Source of the DNA: Paraspadella gotoi
Lineage: Eukaryota > Animalia > Chaetognatha
Direction: 5' to 3'
Assembly (NCBI GenBank): GCA_051294375.1
Contig: CM119263.1
Location: forward strand, 27,200,219-27,264,218
Length of the DNA: 64,000 bases
The stretch's first letter is position 1. Each line of letters begins with the position of its first letter. The position numbers and the translations under genes were made by a program. This document shows positions 13,347-26,100 of the stretch, one piece after another. The notes below the pieces were generated by a model that was not told the origin of the DNA, did not search any database, and saw only the letters and a program-made list of their open reading frames with translations.

Positions 13347-16300
13347 CTCTTGTCTTTCTGCTGTGATTTCGGGAGAAACTAGAGGCTTCTTTTTTTTTTT
13401 ATACTTTTTATTATTTTGCGCGGAAGACCAGTTTCGGGAGGAAAAAGTCAAAACAAAACGGACGGACGGAAGGACGGACAGACTGTAACGAAATGCAGAG
13501 CCTGAAAGAGTCCGCTGTAAAGAAAAAAAAACCCAGAGATAAGTGAAGAGAAAAAAAGAAATAGAAAAAAAAAAAAAAAAAGGGATTTTGGGCGAAATCC
13601 GTTTTTAATNNNNNNNNNNNNNNNNNNNNNNNNNNNNNNNNNNNNNNNNNNNNNNNNNNNNNNNNNNNNNNNNNNNNNNNNNNNNNNNNNNNNNNNNNNN
13701 NNNNNNNNNNNNNNNNNNNNNNNNNNNNNNNNNNNNNNNNNNNNNNNNNNNNNNNNNNNNNNNNNNNNNNNNNNNNNNNNNNNNNNNNNNNNNNNNNNNN
13801 NNNNNNNNNNNNNNNNNNNNNNNAACAAGTAAACAATCAAACCGTACAAACAAAAATATAAAAAATAAACAAAGAACAAGTTACAAGCGACAATGAGAAA
13901 CGCTCACAAAACAAATTCTATTATAAATTTGAAAAAAAAAGCGTATCCTTTTGATACAAAATCCCGCAAACTTTTTTTTCTCTTTTGTTTATTACCTTAA
14001 ATTTATGAACTCCGACCGAATTTGGTTATATTTTTTTTTAACCGAAATTCAGATCGAATTCGAATTCCCCCCCCCNNNNNNNNNNNNNNNNNNNNNNNNN
14101 NNNNNNNNNNNNNNNNNNNNNNNNNNNNNNNNNNNNNNNNNNNNNNNNNNNNNNNNNNNNNNNNNNNNNNNNNNNNNNNNNNNNNNNNNNNNNNNNNNNN
14201 NNNNNNNNNNNNNNNNNNNNNNNNNNNNNNNNNNNNNNNNNNNNNNNNNNNNNNNNNNNNNNNNNNNNNNNNNNNNNNNNNNNNNNNNNNNNNNNNNNNN
14301 NNNNNNNNNCCCCGAAAATCCTTTTTTTCCTTTCCTACTTTTCGGGTTTACTTTTAATTTTCTTTTAACTTTTCTTTCACTATATCGACGCGGCAGCTGC
14401 GTCCCACTATTAATCAACTTTTTTTTTCTTCCTTTTCCAAGAGCGGGCTTAGAATTTTCTTATTTTTTTTGCTGGGGTGGAAAAAATTATGGAAAACCCA
14501 AAGAACAGTTGCTGTCGGGGATTTTTTTTAGTGGAAAAATATATCGCCAGATATGCGTTCACTGTTGTTGGTTTACAATTTCGGTTCGGAGTGATTCGTT
14601 TGCTTCTGCCTCGTCTTTTTCATCGTCGTCACGGAACAACAACAACAAAAAATATATTAGGAAATAAATTCAAAAATAAATAAAAAATGAACTGTTGTTG
14701 CTCATAATTTTGATTCAGTAATTCTTTTACTTTCGTCGTTTTCGTCTCTCGGAAACATTTGGTTTTCACGGAACAAAAAAAAAAAGGCAAAAGAAAAATT
14801 AAACGAATCCAAATATAGCGTATAAAAAGTATTATTTATTATCTTTTAACTCTCGGCCTCAAAAAACGATGTTTGCCTCCGTCTGCTCTTTTTTTTTCCA
14901 CTCGCGCGCGTAAATTGTGGCGGCGCGCCATCTTTCGAAAGGCATCGACTGCAAAGTCAAACGCGTTCGTGCCTTGGCGGGAATTCGCTTCTATTGCCCA
15001 CCGAGAGAGGGCGAGGGGAGGAGAGACGGGGGAAGGAGTTTGCGGGATGGAGAGATGGAGAAAGTGATGGAGAAAGTGATGGAGAAAGGACCANNNNNNN
15101 NNNNNNNNNNNNNNNNNNNNNNNNNNNNNNNNNNNNNNNNNNNNNNNNNNNNNNNNNNNNNNNNNNNNNNNNNNNNNNNNNNNNNNNNNNNNNNNNNNNN
15201 NNNNNNNNNNNNNNNNNNNNNNNNNNNNNNNNNNNNNNNNNNNNNNNNNNNNNNNNNNNNNNNNNNNNNNNNNNNNNNNNNNNNNNNNNNNNNNNNNNNN
15301 NNNNNNNNNNNNNNNNNNNNTTCTCTCTCTCTCTGAATAGAAAAAAGACTTGGTCGAAGCCTCACAAAATCACGAGCGTCGCTTTTTATTACGAGTGCGG
15401 GTTTTTTTTGTGAAGGGAAGTTTGATCGTCGTGGCGTAGTGACGTAATGATACTAAAATTTAGTGACGTAGTTTTTTTAATTTATTGACGTAGTGATTCA
15501 GGAGATCTATAATTTAGTGGTGTATCGATTTTTGACGATTGCGTTTGTATTTATTTACTCGTAACAGACATGTCATGTTATTATATTTTTTAAAAGGGAG
15601 ATAATTTTTATGTTTTTTTAAATAATGATTAAAGAGAACTTGAATAGTAGCCCCTTCAGAGTGAGTTTTTACGATAAGCTTATTGAACCTCTCATACCCT
15701 GAACAAACCAAGAAGAGATGAGGCTAAAAATAACCTACAGCCAAAAAAAAGACTGAGAATGCTGCCAATGAATGTAGATATAAATAACTATTAATTAAGT
15801 CATTAATTAAAAATGGTTTGAAATTTTTAGGTGAACCTTTGAATATAATTTCTTTTGACAAAGTTATTTAAGAAAAAAATATTAAAAATATCCGAAAACA
15901 TGTTGTGTTTATGAAATAATCTCCCCTGCAGACTACATAATTCTCCCTCGGGGGCTTTCGTGTTCATTATCTCTCTCTCTTTCTCGCGTACTCTGAATTT
16001 TCCCTCTTCCTTTTTCCCTTTTATTTCCTTTCTTTTTCCCTTTTTTTTCGGCCTCAAGTGGATCGCGTTATCGGAAATCCGTGGCGGATTCTTTCCTTTC
16101 GACCTCGACGGGTCCCGGGTTCGAATCCCTTTTTTTTTCAGTTTTCCTTCGATCTTAAGAATCAGATATTTTCTTGTTCTTATCTTCTTTCACAAAACTC
16201 GAAGAAGAACGAAAGGGGAAAAAAAAAGAGCGAATACAAAAGAAAAAATGACTATTAAAAAAAATAAATACAGGCGATGTGTTTTCTTTATCCCTTTCGT

Positions 16301-16516
16301 TACATCGTCACTTCACGTGATACCATTTACTATTTACTATTTTCTACAACTATAGGATTCTACTATACAAACAAGTACATCTCTTTCAGTGTTTAAAGCC
16401 AAGTAATAACCCGGAGCATACTCTATCTAACGTCTGAAACGAACAAACGCGGAACCAAACCTCTCATAAAAACATTGGAGATTCTCGTTCGTTATAGGAT
16501 AACAAAATTTCTTTTT

Positions 16517-17068
16517 TTAAAAAAATGGAAAAGCGCGCGTCCAAACGCTTTCAAAAGTCCAAATATTAAAGCCTTTGAAATCGCGAATGGGTTCTCGATA
16601 TTTTCTTTTCCAAACCGTTGACGAATAAAAATTAATTGCGCTCAAGTTTAACATAAAAACGACGAGGACGACGTCAACATTTTCTTCACTCCACTTCGTC
16701 TTATGATTTCTAAGAAATTCATCGGATCTTCGTTCGTAGCGTCGGCGTTTAACGCGAACGGGGTCAAGGATCAGAAGGATTTTCTTAAGTCGTTGTCGTT
16801 GTCGTCGTCGCCGTTCGATAAGGCGTGGGTGGACGTTAGCGGCGTTCGCGGCGCTCCTGGTGGGAGGCGACGGAATAACGTCAATGAGATTCAGACTATT
16901 AAGCGACGAAAACTCGACGGGGACCGCCCTAGCAACCGGCGACGCCCTAGCAACCAAAGACGCCCACGTAACAGCCGCCACGAGCGATCTCCCGGCAACT
17001 GTTTTCACCGCCCGCGTGGATACCATGGAAACGATTAAAAAAAGAAGGCTGACAGTCCGTGTCTCCAT
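16517..17068 (-). CDS. Candidate first exon of a secreted or membrane protein (signal peptide plus possible TM segment)
   Basis: 183-aa ORF in a GC-rich island, not microsatellite-derived. Starts METRTVSLLFLIVSMVST (signal-peptide-like); later VVLVVFMLNLSAINFY followed by basic WKRKYR. May contain frameshifts. Confidence 0.4.
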   Translation of the reverse strand: METRTVSLLFLIVSMVSTRAVKTVAGRSLVAAVTWASLVARASPVARAVPVEFSSLNSLNLIDVIPSPPTRSAANAANVHPRLIERRRRQRQRLKKILLILDPVRVKRRRYERRSDEFLRNHKTKWSEENVDVVLVVFMLNLSAINFYSSTVWKRKYREPIRDFKGFNIWTFESVWTRAFPFF

Positions 17069-17589
17069 CGCAACAATTGAAGCTACCGTGCGACAGTCGA
17101 CAACCTCCGTTTGACAAACACAAATCCATGGATTTTTATTGCGATTTTGCTTCTAAAAAGAAAAAAAATGATTTCGATGAGTAATTTACAGTATAAAACG
17201 AAAACTTGAAAATATTAACGTATTTTGTGAAAATTCAAAATGATATTCAAAACGGATATAGGTCATACGTGTAACCTTTTTTATAAGTCATAAAAATTTG
17301 ACGATCGCCTTCGGTCAAAGTGAGAATTTTCTCTTGCTCACGCAATCATTTCGCGAGGAACATATTCATGAAGGAATCTCCACGTGCTCTCTCTCTCTCT
17401 CTCTCTCTCNNNNNNNNNNNNNNNNNNNNNNNNNNNNNNNNNNNNNNNNNNNNNNNNNNNNNNNNNNNNNNNNNNNNNNNNNNNNNNNNNNNNNNNNNNN
17501 NNNNNNNNNNNNNNNNNNNNNNNNNNNNNNNNNNNNNNNNNNNNNNNNNNNNNNNNNNNNNNNNNNNNNNNNNNNNNNNNNNNNNNNNN

Positions 17590-17622
<33 letters not shown>

Positions 17623-19129
17623 GTTTCGTAAAACGGATGTTGCTGTCAAAGAATGGCGTCGAGAGAGCGAGACAAAAAAAATCATTTCTCGCTCTCTCGC
17701 TCTCTCGCTCTCCATCCTCTTCGTTTTTTATTCGTTGTTCGTTTCGTTTTCCATTTTTCTCTCCGCGAAAAATGAGAAAAGTGAGTTTGGGTGAGTTTGA
17801 CCGCAGCGAGTGAATGGACGAAGCTGACAGCAAACAGTCAACATTCTACGTTAAAGGAATTTTCTAATTTACTTTATTTTAAAAAAGGAATATTTGTAAA
17901 TGAACGTCATTGAATATCAATTATTCAATAACTCCGTCGTTATTTTGACTTTGAAAATCCCACCGATAAATAGAAAAGCGAAAAGATCGAAAAATGACTG
18001 GCGAGATTTTCGTTCATAAAACGTGTTGTTTTCAGCCCGAAATCCGGGGCCCGGATGAAATCAAGAATCGTGCATGGAATCGAAGTTCAACGTAGATGAC
18101 GGCTTCCCCCTTCGTCGCCCGTGGGTTAGATCGTTCTCTGGGGGTGATTACTTTTCGTTAAACGTTCGGGAATGATCCTACGTTGAGAGTGATGGAGATG
18201 GAGTGAATAATATTCAAACAATATGAACTGAATATGATTCTTATGAATCAAAAGTCGCTTCGTTGTTTTTAATTCAATTCCTACCGTGGCTTTTTCTTCA
18301 TCCCTTGCCTGAGCGTACAAGCTTTAGTCAATCTCTGTGCCATCTTTTATTTTATCGCAAACAATCAAGGTAATTTTGTTACGCTGCGTGTCCATTGTCC
18401 ATTGTCCACTGTTCCCAAAACTTTATCCATTATTCAACTCACAAACACCCCGTTTGACCACCACCGACAACCCACAAACCGACCCACCGACCAATCTGGA
18501 ATCCGATTAACGCCGATGATAAGGCGTGCAATTTCGGCGTCGAATTGCGGCGTTAAAGAAACCGTCGACGCCGGACGACGGACATTGGCGGCGCTAGAGG
18601 CGCTGCACGGCGTCAATAGCCGAGAGATTTCCGTCGTCACAAAATGCGCGCGAAAAAGCGAATTTTAGCGGCGCGAATCGGAACCAGCTGGGCTCGTCGA
18701 AGCGGTTCGGAAGGGGGGAGGTGCAGGATGCGCAGAGGGAGAGGTAAGAGAGGGAAAGGGAAAGTTAGGGGGAAAGGAATAAAGGGGGAAGGAGAGTAGA
18801 GGGCGGAGAATTTCCGTTTTTAAGGTCAAAGATTGTGGCTGAAGCACAAAAACGGAATCAGAAAGACAAAAAAAAAAAAGAGCACAGAACCAAGAAAACG
18901 AAGTTTTAAATGAATATACGTAGTATAAAATGTTTTTCCCGTTACTCATGAAGCTTAATAGGAGTTTTTTAAAATCGGATATTTCGTTCGCATCGTCATC
19001 TTGTATAACTGTTTTTTGGGAGGTAGATTGAACCGATCAAAAGCAGCTAGCTGAGTACACCGTCTGCTCTTCTCGTTTTTTATCGGAAAAAAAAGCAAGC
19101 CACCAAGACCAAGCAATATCAATAATTAA

Positions 19130-19779
19130 GGCCGTAGTGAAAGTATACATACGAAAATTCGTAAAAGTCCAATTATGAACAACATACAATCAGTGAACAT
19201 TAATGTTAAAAAAAAATAAATTTTTATGTTTCTTTAATTTTCGCAGGGTAGGCTATATTTATATATAGTACTATCCTTTATAAAATCGAAAAAAATTTCA
19301 AAATAGGCTTTTCTTAATTTTGATTGCATGATTTGAATTTTCCTCGCTCAAAAGTGATAAAAGAAAATATAATTCATTTTTTAAAAAAAATTCTTTCATT
19401 AGTGGGTTTAAAAATATATATATATAATAACTATATTTACACTATAATAAAAAGTTAATTATTCAGTTTAAAATATAGCTTTTTCTAATTTTTGACCCCC
19501 CACTTAATGCAAGGAATTTTTCAAAAAGAGTTATATTTCTTTTTATCAACATTTTTATGATAATCCAAATCTGCCCCAAAAAAAATCTAGAAAAAAACTG
19601 TTTGAAATTTTAACATTATTGTTTAGTACTAGTATAAATTATGGCCTACTGCAGCTAAATTGTAAAATTTTATTTATAAATTTTTTTTATACATAAAATG
19701 TTATAAGTATAATGTTGTTCGTTCCTCACCTTTTTAGATTTTTAAATTAAAGTTAAACTGAGGAATTTTACTGACGCCT
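19130..19779. mobile_element. Foldback non-autonomous DNA transposon with TTAA flanks (Kolobok-like termini)
   Basis: Left TTAA|GGCCGTAGTGAAA, right TTTACTGACGCCT|TTAA. The arms are imperfect reverse complements over about 280 bp, e.g. GATAAAAGAAAATATAATTC vs GAGTTATATTTCTTTTTATC and CATTAGTGGG vs CCCACTTAATG. Confidence 0.65.
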
Positions 19780-20862
19780 TTAATCAATATTAAAGCCAAG
19801 CAACTAAGTCACCACGGATTCATTTTTCCCACTTTTTTTTCTCTAATCGGCTTCGGAGGCGATCAGCGACCAACGAGAAAGGAAATAGCCACGCAAGACA
19901 CAAAAGTCTCCCCTCTCTCTCTGTTCTCTCTTCTCTCTCTCTCTCCTCTCTCTCTCTTCTCTCTCTCTCTCTCTACATCTCTCTCTCCTCTCTCTCTCTC
20001 TAATCTCTTCCTCGGACTCATCCACTAACTGTACATTCGAGGCATATTCCAAAGACTCAATTTTCTGCTTAGCAATTATCGTGATTTTTCCCTTTCCTTA
20101 AACGACAGCGAACTCTCTCTCTTCTCTCTCTCTCTCTCTCTCGTCTCTCTCGTCTCTCTCTCTCTCCTCTCTCCTCTCTCTCTCTCTTCTCTCTCTCTTC
20201 TCCCTCCTCCCCCTGATAATGCGCCTTTCTTTCCCCTCCCCCCTATTTCTCGCTTTATATCATCCCCCCGCCACCCCAACCATTAAAACCCCTACCACCA
20301 TTTCCTTACCCAACCAGCGCGAACTACCCTAAATGAAGCCTGGAATGGCAATCGTGCGGGTTTCGCGCATTATGAATCGGCCGCGCGACGTCTAGCAGGC
20401 CGTCCCAGTGTCGCGTCCGGCGTCCGCCGCATTTAATCGCGCTAATGGATCTTTCGTTTTTATGGAGGAGAGAAAGAGGAGAGAGAGAGAAAGAGAGGAT
20501 GCAAGATGAAAATTAGGAGAGAGAAGAAGAGAGACGAGAGAGAGAGAGAGACGAGAGAGAGAGAGAGAGAGAGAGAAACGAGAGGAAGAGGAGCAGAGAA
20601 AATCTTGTGATTATATCGTAAAATTCGGTAAAAAAGTTAAGAAAAAGATCTTCTTCACCGATGCTTTTGATTTTCTTTTTTTCCTTTTGTTCCTATTTTT
20701 TCTATTACTTGCCCTTAATTTTCCTTTTTTTTAATTCTTTTCCTTAATTTCCTCCATTTTCCCCTCTTTTCTCCTTCCAAAGGTCGACCGAACATCACAT
20801 TCGTTCGGATGGAACTGTTTTCCCCTTAAACTTTCGTTGAGCAAACAAATAAAAGACTAAAA

Positions 20863-21508
20863 ATGACGGATTCGCTTCGCTTCGGACGCGGCGGCCGAAG
20901 CGGCGGGAGGCTCGGCTGCAGCAGCTTCAACCACCGCTGGATGATTATCCACAACAACAACAACAACAACAACCGTCTCCTTCGTCTCGCCATCTACGCT
21001 CTCCTCGTTTCCTTCTCCTTCGCCCTCGAATCAGATTCCAATCTCAACGAAACTTACGTCAATTCCACAGCGTCACTCAACGCCACCGCGCCAATCTCAA
21101 GTCAAGACGTCGCCACGCCAAGCGATGGCGTCAAATCTTCGAAGGACGACGACGACGCCCTCTCGATCCACGAGTTGAACGCCACGCCCACCGAAGGCGT
21201 CGCTTCCTACAACGACGACGACAACGACTCTGTCACCACCAACGCCGTCTCTCCTCTCTCTCGCTCCCACACTCTCCCCCCTCCACGCCCCCTCTTTCCT
21301 CTGACCACCTCTCCCTCCGAACGCGACCCGACCGGACAAGAACCCTTACCCCCGATGGCTCAATATTCCCTGCCCCCCGTTTCCGGCGTCGGATTGGCGC
21401 CCGGCGCCGTTTCCGCCACGAAAGAGCGCGCCGTGGATCCGGATCATATCGACGCCGACGACGACGACGAAGACGAAGACGACGCCAACTCGCTGGAAGG
21501 GATTTCTG
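20863..21508 (+). CDS. First coding exon of a secreted glycoprotein/proteoglycan (perlecan domain I-like)
   Basis: Clean 215-codon frame. Hydrophobic signal-like stretch RLLRLAIYALLVSFSFA; N-glycosylation sequons NET, NST, NAT, NAT, NDS; Ser/Thr/Pro-rich region; acidic run DADDDDEDEDD immediately before EGIS-G. Upstream polypyrimidine tract and acceptor (tccaaag at ~20782); canonical phase-1 donor G|GTGAGT at 21509. Confidence 0.8.
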
Positions 21509-23147
21509 GTGAGTTCATTTTTGAATGTCATCTTTCGTGAATTAGGATGTGAATTGATCTGTGATTACTGTTTTTGATGTGATCTCGGAACTGAAAATGG
21601 TTGGTCGGTCGGTCGTTCAATCCATCTTTTATGTCTCTGTAAATCGACTGTAAATCGGGTTTTTGTTTTCTAATCGATTTATAAAACGATACGTTTCGTG
21701 GAGTTGTAATGTTCAATTATGTTTATTTAAAAAACAAAACGAAACATCTTTTTGTCGACAAAATCGACATCCTTAACTTCCCTTATTCATAACTAATACG
21801 ATTATTTTTTTAAAAGGAAAAAATATTTTTGGCTTCTTTACTGTCATCGCCGACGTCATTAAATTCATTGTTTTTCTTCTCCGATAATTTTTTCTAGATT
21901 TTTTTATTTCGAACTTTCGCTCTCGACCGGTCTCCGAGGCAGCCGCTCTTCTCACTTAAAACCAGGTTTAATTTTGAACTCACAGTGATTGACAAACCAT
22001 TTTCAAATGATTTCAGATATTATAACGCAAACTTTGGATAAGATTATGACAATAAAATCGATTATCCCGTTTGACCCCAATCGACCTTATAAGTTATATT
22101 CTCGTTATCGTCTTCGGGGTCCCGACCCGCGCATAATCGCTCCCCACGTCCGGTCCTCGCCCCCTTTTTCTTCCCGTCTCCACCGCTCGCCACGTTACGC
22201 TTCGTTCCCTTGACATTTTCCTGCGAGACTCGCGCAGTCGTGACGCTCGTGTCAACCGTAGGTCGCGTCCGCGGAGCTGAGGGTCACGTGACTGACACGT
22301 ATGACACGTTGTCAAGTAGCTTCGCATGGTAGCGTCACAGGTCAAGACGGATAATGCCGAGTGATGAACGTTCGTTGACCTTTCTTTGTCTACGTATATC
22401 TTTGATTATGTATTTGTTGGTTTCCCCTTGTAACATTTGCTCCTTTTTTTTTGCTGCGTTTACCCTTTTTATTGTCCACTGTTTGTTTATTTATTTATTC
22501 GTTCGTTCATGTATTCGTTCGTTCGTTTTTTCGTTCATTCATTCATTAATTCGTTCATTCATTCATTCATTCATTCATTCATTCCATTCATCATCATTCT
22601 TTATTTATTCATTCATTCTCATTCTTTTCATATCATTCATTCTTTTTTCATTCATCTAGTCATTCTTTCATAATTAATTAAATTTAATTCATTCATTCAT
22701 TCATTCATTCATTCATTCATTCTTCCAATTTTCTCTACGTTCTCCCTTTATATCCTAGTTCGTTCTTTCTTTTCAATTCCCATCAAACCTTTACTCTTCC
22801 CTCTCCACGACGAGGTGCCATCCCTTCATCAGAAAAGGTCATGGCGTTCACGGTTGAGATCGTCGAGGATTTTCTCTTCAGCGTCGCTCCACGAGTATCG
22901 CCGGGGAGAATTGCAAACGGTGAAACTGGACTCGTGAATACCTTTTGCCAATTTATATTTCCCCCATCGCTCTGTAGTTCTTCATATTTTCGTCTAAAAC
23001 ACTGGAACTCTTAAAACCCCTTCTCAATTACCTCCACCCTAAAGTGGCCACCTCCAGGGCCACCCTTCCCCCATCCCCCTCTTAATCGGTTCCCGGGTCT
23101 TCCCCTCTGACTTTTCTAGTAAAGATAAAGAGAGAGAGAGCAGAGAC

Positions 23148-23182
<35 letters not shown>

Positions 23183-26100
23183 GAGAGAGAGAGAGAGAGA
23201 AGAGAGAGATCCTCTGTTATGGCGTCGAACCTTGGCGAGTACGTGACTTGGCTAGCGAACGAAGAAGAGCCAAAGCCGGCGACCGAAGAAATCGGCGACC
23301 GGAAGGCGGCGGCCGGAAGTCTCATTAGCGCGGATTGATGGAGGACGCGCCGGACGCGNNNNNNNNNNNNNNNNNNNNNNNNNNNNNNNNNNNNNNNNNN
23401 NNNNNNNNNNNNNNNNNNNNNNNNNNNNNNNNNNNNNNNNNNNNNNNNNNNNNNNNNNNNNNNNNNNNNNNNNNNNNNNNNNNNNNNNNNNNNNNNNNNN
23501 NNNNNNNNNNNNNNNNNNNNNNNNNNNNNNNNNNNNNNNNNNNNNNNNNNNNNNNNNNNNNNNNNNTTCCACCCGTGGTCCGAACCGTAACCCTAAACAC
23601 CCTGGAGCGGAGTTCTTAATTTACGCCACCAAGCAGCTTTCCGTTTTTAGCTTTCAGTTTTTTTTCGTTCTTGACAAATTTTATTTTTCCAATCATGTTA
23701 AAACTATGTAATATGTTGTAACTACCAATAAACTTTGTATTTATAACTATTTTAAGTTTGATGGCAATTTTCGAATCCCAAACCTCTCATCTTAATACAT
23801 TTTCCATATTGTACACTCTAGTGCACAGCTTCTAATCTAAAAGACATTAGTTATTTAATCTTTCTTTTACTTGTAATTGTTTTGTCTTACCAATTTCTTA
23901 TATTTATTGTCCGCCAAATAGAGACAGAGACAATCGTCAACCGGAGACAATTGTCTCGTCCCTTCTTCCGGATCAGGAGTTGACTTTTGTCTCTCCGAGT
24001 TTCTCGGGTCCTCGACCCAAAATTGCGTCACCCTTGGATGCTCGACGAATTTGACCCGATCGATTCTCCGGTCATGGATTCGGTTCTTTTTAGCTCTTTT
24101 ACTTATTCCACTCCTCCCTTCCTCTCACCCACCACAACTCTTCCAACGATATCTTGATCCTTGTCTCCCTGTTCCCTCTGACCCATTCCGTCTCTCGAAC
24201 AGAACGCCCTCTTCGCTCGCGCTGAACTCGGACCGCTTGACCGCCCACGCGATGATCTCCTCCCACTCGATCCCTTCAAACCTTTCTTTTCACGATGCAT
24301 CTTCGCCTTCTCCCACCTACCCTCCCTTTCTCCTTCTCCCTTCTTTTTCTCGGCCTCTTTTCCTTCATCTCACCTTCGATGACCCTCGCTCACTTTTCCC
24401 TCTCCGCCAAAAATAAGACCGCCCCCCTTCCAGACCCCGCCCAACCCTCTCCCAAGCTCATTCTCCTTTTTCCATTATGAAAAAATCCCCCCATCGCGCG
24501 CCCTTATTCGCCGCCGCTCANNNNNNNNNNNNNNNNNNNNNNNNNNNNNNNNNNNNNNNNNNNNNNNNNNNNNNNNNNNNNNNNNNNNNNNNNNNNNNNN
24601 NNNNNNNNNNNNNNNNNNNNNNNNNNNNNNNNNNNNNNNNNNNNNNNNNNNNNNNNNNNNNNNNNNNNNNNNNNNACACAGTCAAGAGTTTATGATACTT
24701 TGGACTGTGGAAAAAAAGAGCTCAATTAGATTACAACCGTTGATAAGAATATAGATAAAAAGGTAATGTTGGTCAGCCATTTAGTTACCGAGGAATGACG
24801 TCATGTGACGACCGGAATAATGAATGTGAACCGATCGGTCAGGCATCAAAAGGGGGCGACTGTGGGCGGTGGTGACCAGGGTGGGCGCGGTCGGAATAAA
24901 TTTCGTTTCCGGTGAATAATTTAAAACCTAAAAAAAATTGAATTTTAAATCGTGAAGTGAATGGAATCGTAGAAGAGGCGGGTGATGGTAGGAGGCAGAA
25001 GAGGGGACAAAAAGAAAGAAACTAAATTTATGTATATTGTTATTGTAAAATGAATATGCAATTTATTTTTATTTAAACCTAGCCTTATAATTTCGTAAAT
25101 ATTTCATCTGATTAAACTTTAAATTCGACGTGCTAAAACCTTTTATTCTCTACTGTTTGTATTGGTTGGCTTAGGTTAGTTTGTTATAAAAAGTTTGGAT
25201 TATCTTGTGTTTCCCTGAGTTCGCGATCGATATAATAAAGATGACAACGATTTTTTTAATTTTTTTGGTTCCTTCGTCTAACGACGACACGTATCTTAAA
25301 ATACTCGTTAAAACGGTATTTCCTAATGTGATTTATATTGAATAAATTAAATAGTAACAATTTTTTACTTTAAAATGATGTTTTGACAATGATTTTTTAT
25401 CGATGGATATTGTCACGTGTATTGTCATTCCTAACTTTTGTGTCTCCCCAGTTTTTCCGTGCGCGAGAGGTAAAAGCAAAGATAAAAGAAATGATATTAA
25501 TCAAACAGATGACGACGATGACGACGACGACACGCTTCTGCAGTATTTTCGTTTTTCGATATGAAAAGTTAGGTAAAAATTCAAAAACTAAAAAAAAAAT
25601 TAAAATTGTTAAAAATTGACTTGGTTAAAAAATTCATAAACAATTTGTTCCACCTATTACAAATCTGCGTCACGATGCCAGTGTCACCAGTTACAAATGA
25701 CAACAAAAAGAACAGCAACGTCAGTCCCACTCGCGCCTTTCTAGACCGAACGTCTCTTCATGGAGTCGACCGCCTGGTCTCTACTTCAGGCGGCAGGCGA
25801 CTCTTCTGGACGCTCATCTGCCTGGTATCTTACGTGAATCTCTTGACTCTTATTGTCCTGACGACGATGGAATATTTGGACGTGGAAAACACGACTGTTG
25901 ACGTCAAAGTAAAGAAGATGAAGTATGATCACAATTCTTTGGAAGGTACGGATCTGTACCCACGGATGGTGGTCTGCGTGGCGAGGAGTAATTATACTCT
26001 GGAGGATTATCAGGCAATAATACTCAAATTAATAATTGAATAATGGAAAATGAATCATTAAATATTGTTTAATGATGCGTTTTTCGGCCAATTTTCCGCA

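Noticed and set aside
16098-16128. GGTCCCGGGTTCGAATCCC T-arm/B-box (similar motif near 41720)
   Set aside because: No acceptor stem, D-arm or anticodon arm; at most a SINE relic.
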